Shown here piece after piece: positions 1 through 11,385 of a DNA stretch of 64,000 bases (position 1 is its first letter; every line of letters starts with the position of its first letter). The stretch covers positions 7,130,001 to 7,194,000 of the forward strand of contig CM068750.1 of the NCBI GenBank assembly GCA_035084275.1, given 5' to 3'. The position numbers and the translations under genes are program-made. This DNA comes from Hydrolagus colliei. Lineage: Eukaryota. The notes beneath the pieces were generated by a model, which was not told where the DNA came from, did no database searches, and saw only the letters and a program-made list of their open reading frames with translations.

Positions 1-1285
1 CCTATCTAGCCTCTCCTCATAGCTGAAGTCCCTCAATCCTGGCACCATCCTAGTAAATCTTTGTTGTACCCTTTCCAATGCCTTCACATCCTTTCTGTAG
101 GGTGGTGACCAGAATTGAACACAGTATTCCAACTGAGGCCTCACCAAAGTCTTATAGAGGTTAGTCAGCACTTCCTGACTTTTGTACTTTATACCCCTAT
201 TTATAAAGCCTAGTATCCCATATGCCTTCTTAACAGCCTTGTCTACCTGTCCTGCCACCTTCAACGAGTCACTAACACAAATCCCCAGGTCTCTCTGTTC
301 CTTCACACCATTTAAAATTGTACTATCTAGCCTATATTGCCTCCCTTCATTTCTTCTCCCAAAATGCATCACCTCACACTTCTCTGCATTAAACTTCATC
401 TGCCATGTGTCTGCCCACTTTACCAATTTGTCTATATCCTCTTGCAGATGGCTACTATCCTCCTCACTATTTACTATTCTCCCTAACTTAGTGTCATCTG
501 CAAACTTGGAAACTGTACTCCGTACACCCAAGTCCAGATCATTGATGTAGATTACAAACAGCAATGGTCTTAAAACTGATCCCTGTGGCACACCACTGCT
601 CACTTCCCTCCAATCTGAAAAACAGCCGCTCACTACAACTCTCTGCTTTCTGTCTCGCAGCCAGTTGTGGATCCATGCTGCCACTGTCCCTTTTACACCA
701 TGGGCCTTTAATTTCATAATAAGTCTCTCATGTGGCACTTTGTCAAATGCCTTTTGAAAGTCCATGTAAACTACATCAACTGCGCTACCATTATCCACCC
801 ATTCCGTTACCTCATCAAAAAATTCTATCAGATTTGTAAGGCAAGATTTGCCTTTAACAAATCCATGTTGACTGTCCTTTATTAGTCTATATCTTTCTAA
901 ATGAAGATCTACCTTGTCCCTGATTATGGACTCTAGAAGTTTGCCCACTACCGACATTAGACTGACTGGTCTGTAGTTACCAGGCTTGTCCTTCTGCCCC
1001 TTTTTATACAAGGGAGTAACATTAGCTATCCTCCAGTCCTCTGGCACGACCCCTGTGTCCAAGGAAGATTGAAAGATCGTGGCCAGAGTCCCTGCTATTT
1101 GCTCCCGTGCCTCACTTAGTAACCTAGGGTGCATCCCATCCGGACCAGGTGACTTATCCACCTTGAGCGACGTCAACCTTTTTAGAACTTCCTCTCTGGT
1201 TATAATTATTCTATCCATTTCTCCTACCCTCTCCTCTAATACCATGGCATTGGCTATATCCTTTTCTTTTGTGAAGACAGAGGCG
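1..1285 (-). mobile_element. CR1-clade LINE, 5'-truncated ORF2 (reverse transcriptase), running off the window start
   Basis: Manual minus-strand translation reads ASVFTKE...KSPGPDGMHPR...PEDWRIANVTPLYKKG...PGNYRPVSL...SQHGFVKGKSCLTNL...YMDFQKAFDKVPH...SGVPQGSVLRPLLF...KFADDTKL...LVRPQLEYCVQFWSP, with no stop seen. Confidence 0.96.
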
Positions 1286-1334
1286 ATTATTACTACATTT
1301 TGGGAGGACAAGTTTTCCCACTACATTTGGGGTG

Positions 1335-1463
1335 GACAAGTTTGCAGGGTTATGCGGAGAGAGTCAGAGAGTTGGATTCACTTTGAATCTCTTTTCAAAG
1401 AGCTGGCACAGACACGTTGGGCCGAATGGCCTCCTTTTGAGCTGTAAAATTCTATGATTCTAT
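1335..1463 (+). mobile_element. CR1 3' UTR/tail fragment
   Basis: gagctggcacagacacgttgggccgaatggcctcct... ends in attctatgattctat, the typical CR1 (ATTCTRTG)n terminus. Confidence 0.8.
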
Positions 1464-1499
1464 AAATGACAGCTTTGTGATGCACTGCTCCAAACAAGA

Positions 1500-1680
1500 A
1501 CCTCAAATGCTGAAACAATTCAAGTGTTTAAAAGGGATACACATAGACACTTTGGGGGAAGTAAAGGTATTAAGAGATATGGAGCAAACACAGAGAAATG
1601 AGATTGGAAAGATAAAGAGCTGCCATAAACTAATAAAACGGTGGAACAGGCCTGATGGCCTCTTCCTGTTCCTAACTGTG
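1500..1680 (+). mobile_element. Degenerate CR1 3' end
   Basis: ...agagatatggagcaaacacagagaaatgagatt...cggtggaacaggcctgatggcctcttcctgttcct resembles a CR1 3' UTR. Confidence 0.55.
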
Positions 1681-1842
1681 TTTTTGGAAATTGAAGCAGG
1701 TTGATAAATATCAGCTCTGTGTCTAAACTTATTGTTGGGTTTTTGGGAGGGCGAGAAAGGTAAATTGGGTCTCCTTTGGTGCGGAACTGGCTCTGAGGAG
1801 ATATGCCTGCCAAATCAAGATATGACCATAAAAATCCAAGGC

Positions 1843-2152
1843 AAATAATAATAATAATCCTTGCATTTGATTGTAGTGCTTTTCATGTCTTCTATATGTC
1901 TCAAAATGCTTCACATGATATACTGTAAAGTAACTGTATTATGTGTGGGCGAACAATGGTAGTCAATTGCGCAAAGCAGTGTCCCACAAACTAATAGATT
2001 GAAATGACCAATTGATTATTGTTTTTTTTTAAAGGGATTATTATTGGGCATGTGGAGTAAGAAAACTTGCCCAAAGTTTCACCCAAGCTGGAATTGAACC
2101 CAGGTCTCTCAATTGTAAGGCGAGTGCTCTAAGCACTGAGCTACAGGCCTCC
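1843..2152 (-). mobile_element. tRNA-derived SINE family A, full length, short form
   Basis: Pol III A/B-box head (GTAGCTCAGTGCTTAGAGC...GGTTCAATTCC), body gggcaagttttcttactccacatgcc, tail caaatgcaaggatt(att)n; matches the copies at 36340 and 51652. Confidence 0.9.
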
Positions 2153-5136
2153 AAATGTGGAGATATTTGACATGTTCTCAATCCTGTAAACCAAAAGCCC
2201 CCCAAAATTGGATATTCCTAGCTGGGCAAGGATGATTGTTAATGGTTCCCTGTTTTGTTTGATGCAGAAAAGCAGCTCCGATCCTCAACGGGTTAATGAA
2301 AACCCCCTCATTGCGTGCCATAATAAAAACAGTTCTTTCACAGAAAGTTAGAAAAATAAAGACAAAGTACTGTCTGTACTTTTGCATTTTATTATTCTTG
2401 CCATGAGTATGGGAACACAGATTTTTACAGATGGTAAAATGACAGCTCCAATCACTGTGCAAAATGTTCACATTACCGATGAAATCAAGAATCATGCTTC
2501 TAACAGGAGTGTAAATTACTCTTCTATTGGGATTGACGTCAATGCTTGTGACAATGAGAAACAGAATGCGTACACACAGATAATCATTTGGAAATGTTTG
2601 TGGCTTGGGAAACCGGGAGAGAAATTGTTTGTGGAACTGACCTCAGCTGAAAGCAAAATCGTTTCTTCCTATATTTCCCAGAAAAAAGATAAGTGATATC
2701 TCATTAAATAACAGTCTTTAGCAAGATGTATGCAATGGATACATTCAAAGAACCCAGTGTTGTATTGTTGTCCTGAAATCTTTGTTTGTAACACGCTTTC
2801 ATAGCCTGAAATGTGCACAGCGTACAACAAATACACTTTGCACAGAGGACAACCTCGCAGTAAACATGAAAGTCAAAACGTTAAATTTTCAGCCAGACCA
2901 ATGTTCACTTTACAAAGCGAGCACGTTTCAGAGTTGAATTAAAAAAAACATTTGCGCTAATTTGCTTGATAGTTTAAGAATTATCCACCAGCAGCCCAGC
3001 TACTGTCTGGCAAAGAACTAGTTTTATAAAGTTGGCTAACTTACAATGCATGATCTTAATAAAATGCAGCATACTCCTTCTGTTAACGTTTAACACAGTA
3101 CAGTATATCTGTAACTACTGTACAATGCCACATATAATTTTGGCAGAATACTTAGCTAAATTGTAGCAACCAACTGTACATTTTGAGTCAAGTGGACTTT
3201 TCTTTTAAAAAAGATAAACATTAGCTTTATCTTGTTTACAGCTGTACACTTTGGGTAAGGTACATTTTAGCAAAACTACATATACAACTACAAATAACAA
3301 ATCTGTTATAAAAAATCTCCAGGATAAGTTGTTTGAAGTATCTAGCCTGATTATGATACCAAAGAGTATGAGGTTTCAAAAACATTTTTTTAAAAAAACA
3401 TAGCTCACAACACAAGTTCAAAACACTTTTCCCTACGTTTCTCACCTAATGTTTCCCGCAACAATAGGTTGGGAATATTGTAACTTAATCATTAAATTGG
3501 TCTCTGACTAACATGCTTTGAAGAGCCAAAGCACACAATTGATCTGGTGAAGTAAGAGAAGATTGACTACGTGAAAGCCATCAATAGGGTGGACAAAGGT
3601 TTGATAACCACAACTGCTCTTTGCCATTGCTGGAGTTGTTATTCTGGGAGGGTCGTTGAGCCACATTGAATCAACCATTCACTTAAAAAAAGGCAATTGT
3701 CTATCACCTTGAGAACTGATGCAATTAAATTACTGTAAGTTATCAGGATGACCCAAATGGAGACAGTTGGGCACGTCTGACCCTTTACATCTGTTAATGT
3801 TTCTTTCTTGTAACTAACAAATTGATCAAACAAGCCCTGGTGTCAAATTCATGGGAGGATTTCAATTTACGAGTAGCTGATGTGCAGAGTTCATATGTTC
3901 GGCAATTCACGACAGACACTGGCAAAGGAAACGGGAAATAAATGTTTACTTGCTCTTTCCAAACAGGGAAGAAGGAAAACTCCCAACGCCGACTAATTTC
4001 CATGAAGAACAGACGATTTTACAAATGGTTATGAAGCAGCATTAATCACACGTACTGTTCACAGGCCATTGAGTCAGAAACTTCCTCTCGGTGTAGATCT
4101 CAATCAGAAAGGTACTTCAAAGCCATAATAATTAAGATTCACTGCAGCTGGCCTTTAAAAAGAAAAAAATAAGAGAGGAGTAAAGTATTATCTTGATCAA
4201 GTCCATTAAACAGTTTATCTTCACTTTGGTAGGACAGTTCCTGAGGAACGTTGCAGATAAAAAGTTTTATCTTTTGTAGATCATTTTCTTGCAGCCCACA
4301 CAGAATAACCTTATGGATAAAAAGGTTAATAGCTTTTTATGGATGGCGAATATTAAATCTTAAAATGCAGAGCTTTGCTGTGTAGTTAAAATATTTGTAC
4401 TTGCATGGGTTGAGTCACCCTCAGCCTCTTTGTAATCATTTTCACATGTTCGCAGGATATTTTATGGGTGGGGAAGTGTTCAGTTAGTTTCAAAAGTTTC
4501 TGAACACGGCTAAAAAGGTAAAGCAATTCACATGCATTTCTCATAACTAATATCAGCATTAAGATTAGGATAGTTCGAAGTCACTGGAAACAATAAAATG
4601 CATCCCAATGAAACTAAAGCCAAAGCTAATACCATTTGTTTCTTCCTGACTTCAGTGACAAAATCTAATCATGAATCTAATGATTTAGAAAATCTAATTG
4701 TTAAGAACAACATACAAGGCTTCTTGAAGAAACTACGATTTGCAAACTGGGATTATGGTGTTAGACACTTTTGGTAAAAGAGTCAGAAATCATGACTATG
4801 GCATTCATCACACACCGATGAATTTTAAGCTAGTTTCTATAACTGGAGCCACAAAAATTCAATGAGGCAAAAAATATTGATACTCCAAGAGATAGGAGCT
4901 GTGCATTTCAGGCAATAACTGGTTAATTTGTTGGTCATTTGCCTTATTGTCTCACGCATCTTGATTACAATTAGAGTTAGAGTAATGGATAGAATGTGTT
5001 TCTCAATACTATGTTAAGGTCGTTGGACAATCTTTTTTTTGAAAAGGAGCATCATGAATAATTTGGAAATGTTATTTCGGGTCATATTATTTTATAACCA
5101 AGTTCAGGCAATCTGGCTAAATCTGAAGCTGCTATA

Positions 5137-5515
5137 TGTCAGTTGGTAGCACTCTCACCTATGGGTCAGATGATTGTGAGTTCAAGTCCAGTGTTGCGGG
5201 CTATGAGTTTATGTTCTAGCCTGACATTCATCGTAATTTGGGGGGAGCGCTGTAGTGTCAGAGATTCAGTCCTATCGATGTGGTATTAAACTGAGGTCCC
5301 AAATGCCTGTGAATGTTAAAGATCTCATGACACTATCTGAAAAGAGAAGGGAGTTCCTCCCAGTCTCCTTGCCAACAATTCTCCAGTTAATTGATTTACC
5401 TCCTGGCAGTTTGTGAGATATTACTGTACACAAATTGGCTACTGTGACAAATACACAGTCGCTATGGTTTATAGAAAACTGAATCACTTCTGAGACATTC
5501 CAAAGACGTAACGTC
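5137..5515 (+). mobile_element. Deu-domain SINE (SacSINE1/AmnSINE-like), family B
   Basis: tRNA-like head tcagttggtagcactctcacct...gagttcaagtcc, then central ttaaactgaggtccc...aaagatctcatgacactat...gggagttcctcc and ctgtacacaaattggct. Family named from memory of the Deu consensus. Confidence 0.75.
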
Positions 5516-5516
5516 A

Positions 5517-5712
5517 AAGCAACTTAGGATGACCTCCCGATGTGAAAGGTGATATATAAATATGATTTTATATTGTGAAAAGACACTATCTATGTAAAAA
5601 AAAATTAAAGGGTCATTTCAATCCACGACTCTTTGTGGGACACTGCTGTGCGCAATTGGCTGCCACTTTTTGCCCAGAAAATATAGTCCAGTCCAAGGAT
5701 TATTATTATTAT
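5517..5712 (+). mobile_element. L2 tail fragment followed by a family A SINE 3' fragment
   Basis: 5517-5575 matches the L2 tail at 61150; 5608-5712 reads ggtcatttcaatccacgact...ctgctgtgcgcaattggctgcc...ggattattatt. Confidence 0.7.
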
Positions 5713-7469
5713 ATCACATGCAAGGAATTTATTATCTGAAATAGTTTTTTGGTAACGGATATGGGATATACTGACTAAGCATTGTTGGTCAGCAACTTAC
5801 TTGCATAAAAGATTATAGATAACGCAAATACCAGTCAAGTCTTTGCAGTCACATTTCACCATAACTAGACTGGACAAAATGTTGCAATTCATGTCAATTC
5901 ATTCCTAAAATGGTACATGTTCCAGTAGGGATTCCCCAGCAATGCATCGGTGGATCGTAAGATAAAACTGATGTTCAAAGATTTAACCTACATTATCTCT
6001 GAACCTTCTTCAGCGGTGGAAAATGAGATGGCTCCATTAAAGAAATTACCTTGAAATAAGTACAATGGGACACTCAACCTCATGAGGGGTGCCATACGAA
6101 TGCAAGTTGTTGTTGTTAAAGGCCTGTAACCCAATTTCCTCTATCAGCAGGTGTCTCACTGAAACACTCTATAGGAACACAATGGGAGGCCTACAATTTG
6201 TTTCATTTACCTACCAAAAGTCATAACCACAGAAGAGGTTGAATGTTTAGGTTTGCGTGACTCGGCCCGGTTCCTTTGTGAGTATTACTAAAGCAAAAGG
6301 TTTGTGATGTGTGCCAGGACTTACTGCAAGATCAAAGCTTAGAGCAGCTCATAATGAGGCAAGATGGTAAAGCCCAGAGAATAAAGGAAACAAAGGAAAT
6401 GTTTAGGAGATAAAGATCTGTCTCTGAAATGACTTTCATCCAGACCAGATCCTGTGCAGAAGTTAAATCGCAGACGATAATTCAAACAGATCAGATTCAA
6501 GGCTCTTCTGATGTTCATCTCATGGCTGCCCTGCTGTTTGTTGCCACCATCTTGTAATATACATTGTTTCTATCCCATTTGTTATGTTTGATGAAACTGG
6601 CATTATTTAGTACTGTACTATGAGACAAGAGTCATCAGAATAAATTTAAACATTCTCTCCCACAAAATATAATCAATTCACTTTCCAGTATATTCTGTGA
6701 AGGGCGTTCAGGTCTTTTGAATAAGTGATAAGGTGTAATATCAAATGCAAGGATTATTATGAATGTTAACCTATATTTTGAAGAAATCAGTAATAAAATA
6801 ATTGGCACGATTTAGACAATTGTAAGCAGTAATGTCTTTTGTTTGACAGGACCTCAGAATGTTATCCAAGCATATTAAGTGGGGAGCAATAAGTGGGGAG
6901 AAAGCCGTTGCAGTTACATTTAAAGTATAGAATTGGAATTATTTACTTATTCTGTAATAAACAAGCTATGTTTCCAATCAACCTCAATAGCATGAGAATA
7001 TATCTCAATGCACTTGGAAATAGATCAGCTTGAAGGATAAAGTTCATCTGAATCATAAAACCACAATGACAGTGATGATTTGATTATAAACCATAAAGTT
7101 TCAAAAGGTTTATATTGAAAAAGTTAAGTGAAATTGAGCCAGCTTGAGAATAATAAAAAGTGGACTAACAAGACCTCAGAATAGCAAAAAGGTTCAAGTA
7201 CATCTTAAAGAAATCATTTAGAAACTGTAAATGAATGCATAAGCTCTGTGTAAAATGAGTTTACGAGTGTTAAAGTAAGGACACATGGAACAAGCAGAAA
7301 TGAAGGAACACTTGGCTTATTCAGGGGATTATTGCAAAAAAGATATTTGATGGCTTAGTGGATAAAGATGCCATGCAATGAAGAAGCGAGCCATATAATC
7401 TAGATCAGAAAAAGGCATCTTCTGTGTTGTGCACTGATTCAAATCAAGGAAATTACATTTAGACCCTAT

Positions 7470-7645
7470 ACTAGGGAGGGTAAAAACAGCGAGGGTTCTT
7501 AGTCCTGATCCCAACCCAGTTGATCCAATACTGAAAAGTCTGCATTAGGATGTCAGACGAGGGCAAGGTCAGCCTTGACCGACTTTTGCCGGACCTGCAC
7601 ACTAAGCTCACACATGGAGAACAGTCATTATGTTGAGTTACCCAA
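7470..7645 (+). mobile_element. Ancient SINE-like family C fragment
   Basis: ctagggagggtaaaaacagcgagggttcttagtcctgatc...gatgtcagacgagggcaagg...aagctcacacatggagaacagtca, similar to 20160 and 57470. Confidence 0.55.
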
Positions 7646-9048
7646 CTTTGCTGAGACAGCTGGCAAGTGTCAGCAGAGACAAAGTGTCAGCAAACAAAAT
7701 AAATGGTCAAATGTAAGATAATCCTCACAGTTGTTCTAATATAAGGAGGTTTATTTAATCAGTTTGCATGAATATCTTTACTGAATGGCATAGGTACAAT
7801 AATAGCTGATATATGCACTGTAAAATATAATTATTAAGGTACTAACTTACTAAATGTTGGAAGGAGTCAAAAGTCCCCAGAGTATAGAGGTTGGTGTAAA
7901 ATAAATACAGACGTTTGCTTCGCAAAAGAAAATCTACAATACCAGAATCGAAAATAATTAATAGTGCAAAACAAATTGTGACTAACTGCATTTGTTTTCT
8001 GGGCATCATTAGGAAAGTTATTACCCGTAACGCTGACATTTAGAAAAAAAACTAGATGTTATTCCTATATGAACTAACCCAATTGGGTCCACAGTACCCA
8101 AGGCTTTAGAGAATTAATTTAAGATACACTTAAGTTTTTATTGGGTGACATGCTACTTTAGAACAAACAGAACAGCTCACTGCTGATGGAGGCTTCCAGG
8201 CATTCTTTTGTTCGGGCAAAAGACCATCATAATTCACTGGCAAGTCAAAAGGTCTTTCATACTTGTGAAAGTACAGTGATAACTCAATGCTAGGAATGAT
8301 AGAGATCCTCTCTAAAGTCCAGTTAGATTTGGCTGCCAAAGTTAAACTGCATCTTTTCCATCAGGTTATCCAACACTCAAACAACAACAACTTGCATGTA
8401 TTGTACATAGCACCCCTCGCACAGGGTAGCATCCTAGTGCACTTAAAACAGCAGCTGTGAAAATTATATAACAATTAGCCGTGGAAAACCAGCACCAGTA
8501 GTTGCCATATATTACATAAAAATATATAAAGTATCTCCTACCAGCATGCTTTGCTTTTTCTTTGATTAGCTGATAATATTCATTCCCAAATTGCTGTCTT
8601 CAATAGAATATGAAGTTCACGCAAATTTAGTCCACTACTGTTAAGTGAATGTAATAAGAGATATAATTCCCATATACAGTATTTCATTTACAAAGCACTG
8701 TGCATATCATAACATAATTTAGGCCAAACTCAAGATTTTTAACAAAACAAATTCAAAAGCAGAAATTCGCAAATAAAAGTACTGAATTTAAATCACATCC
8801 ACCTTTTGTGAGATTTTGTTTATGTTTAGTGAAGTACGCTTTCCTCAATCAACAAGGAACATGGAAATTTATCTATCAAATGACTGTTGTGCAGCCTGCA
8901 TACAAGAGTGGTCAATTATTAACCGAAATTGTCAGTGGAACTGTGAGCTTTTTGAAATGATGCAACACAAAAATGTACATTGCCACGAGACAGTTTCTTG
9001 TGAACAAAAAAGAATCGGTTGTTAACTAAAATTCACATGCGGTACGAA

Positions 9049-9222
9049 GGAGTCCTATAGCTCAGTGGTTAGAGAACTTGACTCGCAAGTGAGTGAGCTG
9101 GGTTCGATTCCTGACACAGGGCGCAACCTTGGGCAAGTTTCCTTCCTGCACACGCCTGATAATAATCCTTCAAGAGAAAAAAATATTGGTCACTTCAATC
9201 CACGACTGTTCGTGGGACACTG
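9049..9222 (+). mobile_element. Family A SINE, 5' half
   Basis: ggagtcctatagctcagtggttagag...ggttcgattcc head plus gggcaagtttcctt body; stops at gtgggacactg. Confidence 0.88.
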
Positions 9223-10859
9223 AAAATCAGATGGCTTTCAATATTTGTGTTGGGGAAAGTAAATCGATATAGACAACAGGATTTAGTGCGTTGATCATAA
9301 ACATCCATCCGCGCTTTGGTTTAAACTGAATTTTGGTAGATTTGAAACATCAAGCATAAAACAAGAAAACTGCAGCAGGTGCGTTACCTGATCCAGATGT
9401 GATCATACTCCAGGTGTTACTGTTTGATGGTGGCCCATCCAGGTTTGATGCATCAAAGATCAACCAGAAGAGGTCTTTGATGTATAACCAAGTCATTCTT
9501 CAGACTTCAAAACGTTCACAGATTAGGAAAAACAACCTTTGAAGCCAGAATTCGACTGGAAAGCAATATTTTGGAAGGTGCTCCACAGCCAAAATGATCC
9601 ACCAGAGTCACGAGGAAGAAGACAGGAAAGTAAAAGATTTTCAAAGCTGTTTTTAAGAAATTAGAGCAACGGTGGAGAGGTTACAGGATATACATTAGGT
9701 TTGGTAGCGAAAAGTAAAACTTTTTTTTAACTGGGAGAAAGGGAGCAAATGGGCAAGTAAAGAGCAAAACATTTGAGTTTTTAATAAATGTTATTTCAAA
9801 TATGTGTCATGTTTTGGTTTCCGTTTCTTTTGTTTGGCCAAGACCTTTTCCAGTTTTTCCTTCATTTTATTTTGGATTCCCTTTCCTGTTCCTTCCTTTC
9901 CAGATTCAATTTCCCTTTCCTCTGCCTCACAGTAAAATGTTGTTTATTGTTAATGCAATACCTACTCTGGGAGCTGATGTCAGAGCAAGTATAGGACAAG
10001 TATACATGACCTTCAAATATACTTGCACTATGCCATGCCTTTTCCAAGTTCTAGGTTTGAAAACATGTGAAATAGTCCAATATCACTTTCTAAGCGTGCA
10101 TGAGGAACAATCCTTGCAGTAAAGGTAGCAGCAAAGATCCCACCACAGTCCCTTATTACCTTATTACCTGCTCCACTAAATTAAGATACACATGTCCTCT
10201 CCTTGTTTCATGTTAAGTAAGCCACAAGAGAGAGCAGAATGAGAAAAGCTCATTTAGTATGAGCATGTGCTCACACTCGAAGTCAAACAGCCTATGACAC
10301 CATCTACACTATTCAGTACTTAGGCTTTCTGAAGTCTATCGAGCTCACTGTCACTTACACACCGACAGACACTGGCGTAGACATCACATGTCTATGCCCA
10401 AAGAGGCTAGCAAGATGTCGCAGACAATTCAATTTTATCCCAAACTAGAGCCACAGCAAGATCATTGTCAGCTACTTTTTAACAAAACCTAAATTACAGG
10501 CTATGAGAGAGCTAAAAGGTCACTTGTTGCAACAATCAGATTTTGTTTGTGTTCAGCTAAATCCGTACTATGCCCATCATTAGATAGTCCTGTTAACATG
10601 TGTTTTTCCCCCCATTTTGGTTGACAGCGGGAAGAATGAGGCTGCTGCATAATCAAACAATTAACAAGATAGTTTTGGGCGTAGTCAACAAATATGTTTT
10701 GTTTCAATCTGCTGACTGAGAGTTTGAGCTTCATTTTATCACTATAAGACAATATTGGTAAATGCTTTGTGACTTCGCGCACCACCAATCTAAAGGAAGA
10801 GAGCACAGTGACAGCAATTAGGAGGCAATGGTAGCAGAGGTATTGGAGATGATGTATAA

Positions 10860-11385
10860 GAAAGCTACAACACTGACTGCTGGAGCAGAGCTAATGGGAC
10901 ATTTAAAAAGGAATTAGATAAGGATATGGGTATTAAAGGATAGGACAGGCAATAGAAGGGGTGAAGAGGAGATTTACTTGGATGAGTGGTCCATGAGCAG
11001 GGACACCAAACAGAAACTTTCGCCACTGGAACAAAGGTCAATTATGAGAGGTTTTAATGAAGTCAATATGGAAACAATATTTCCACTGTCGCCATTCAGT
11101 GACTAGAGGGCCTCAATTGAAGATAGTTATCAAACAAACATAAGGAGAGGTTAGAAGATTTGGTAAGAACATGGAATAACATGCTGGGAATGCTAGTTGA
11201 GGCAAAATCAATACTATCTTTCAAAAGGGAACTATTATGGATAGATATCTAAAAAAAAACTACAGGTGTATATAGGGAAAGGGTAGGTAAATGGGACTGA
11301 AATTATTTTTTCTTTAAAAGAGTCAGCACAGACACAATGGGCTTAATGATACTCTTTTGTGTGGTAAATGCCTGTTGTTCTAATA
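10860..11385 (+). mobile_element. Degenerate CR1 3' fragments
   Basis: gactagagggcctcaattgaagatag..., ctttcaaaagggaact...gatagatatct, agagtcagcacagacacaatgggcttaatg. Confidence 0.65.

Noticed and set aside
182-1447. Two 122-aa plus-strand ORFs
   Set aside because: Antisense shadows of the CR1 RT frame.
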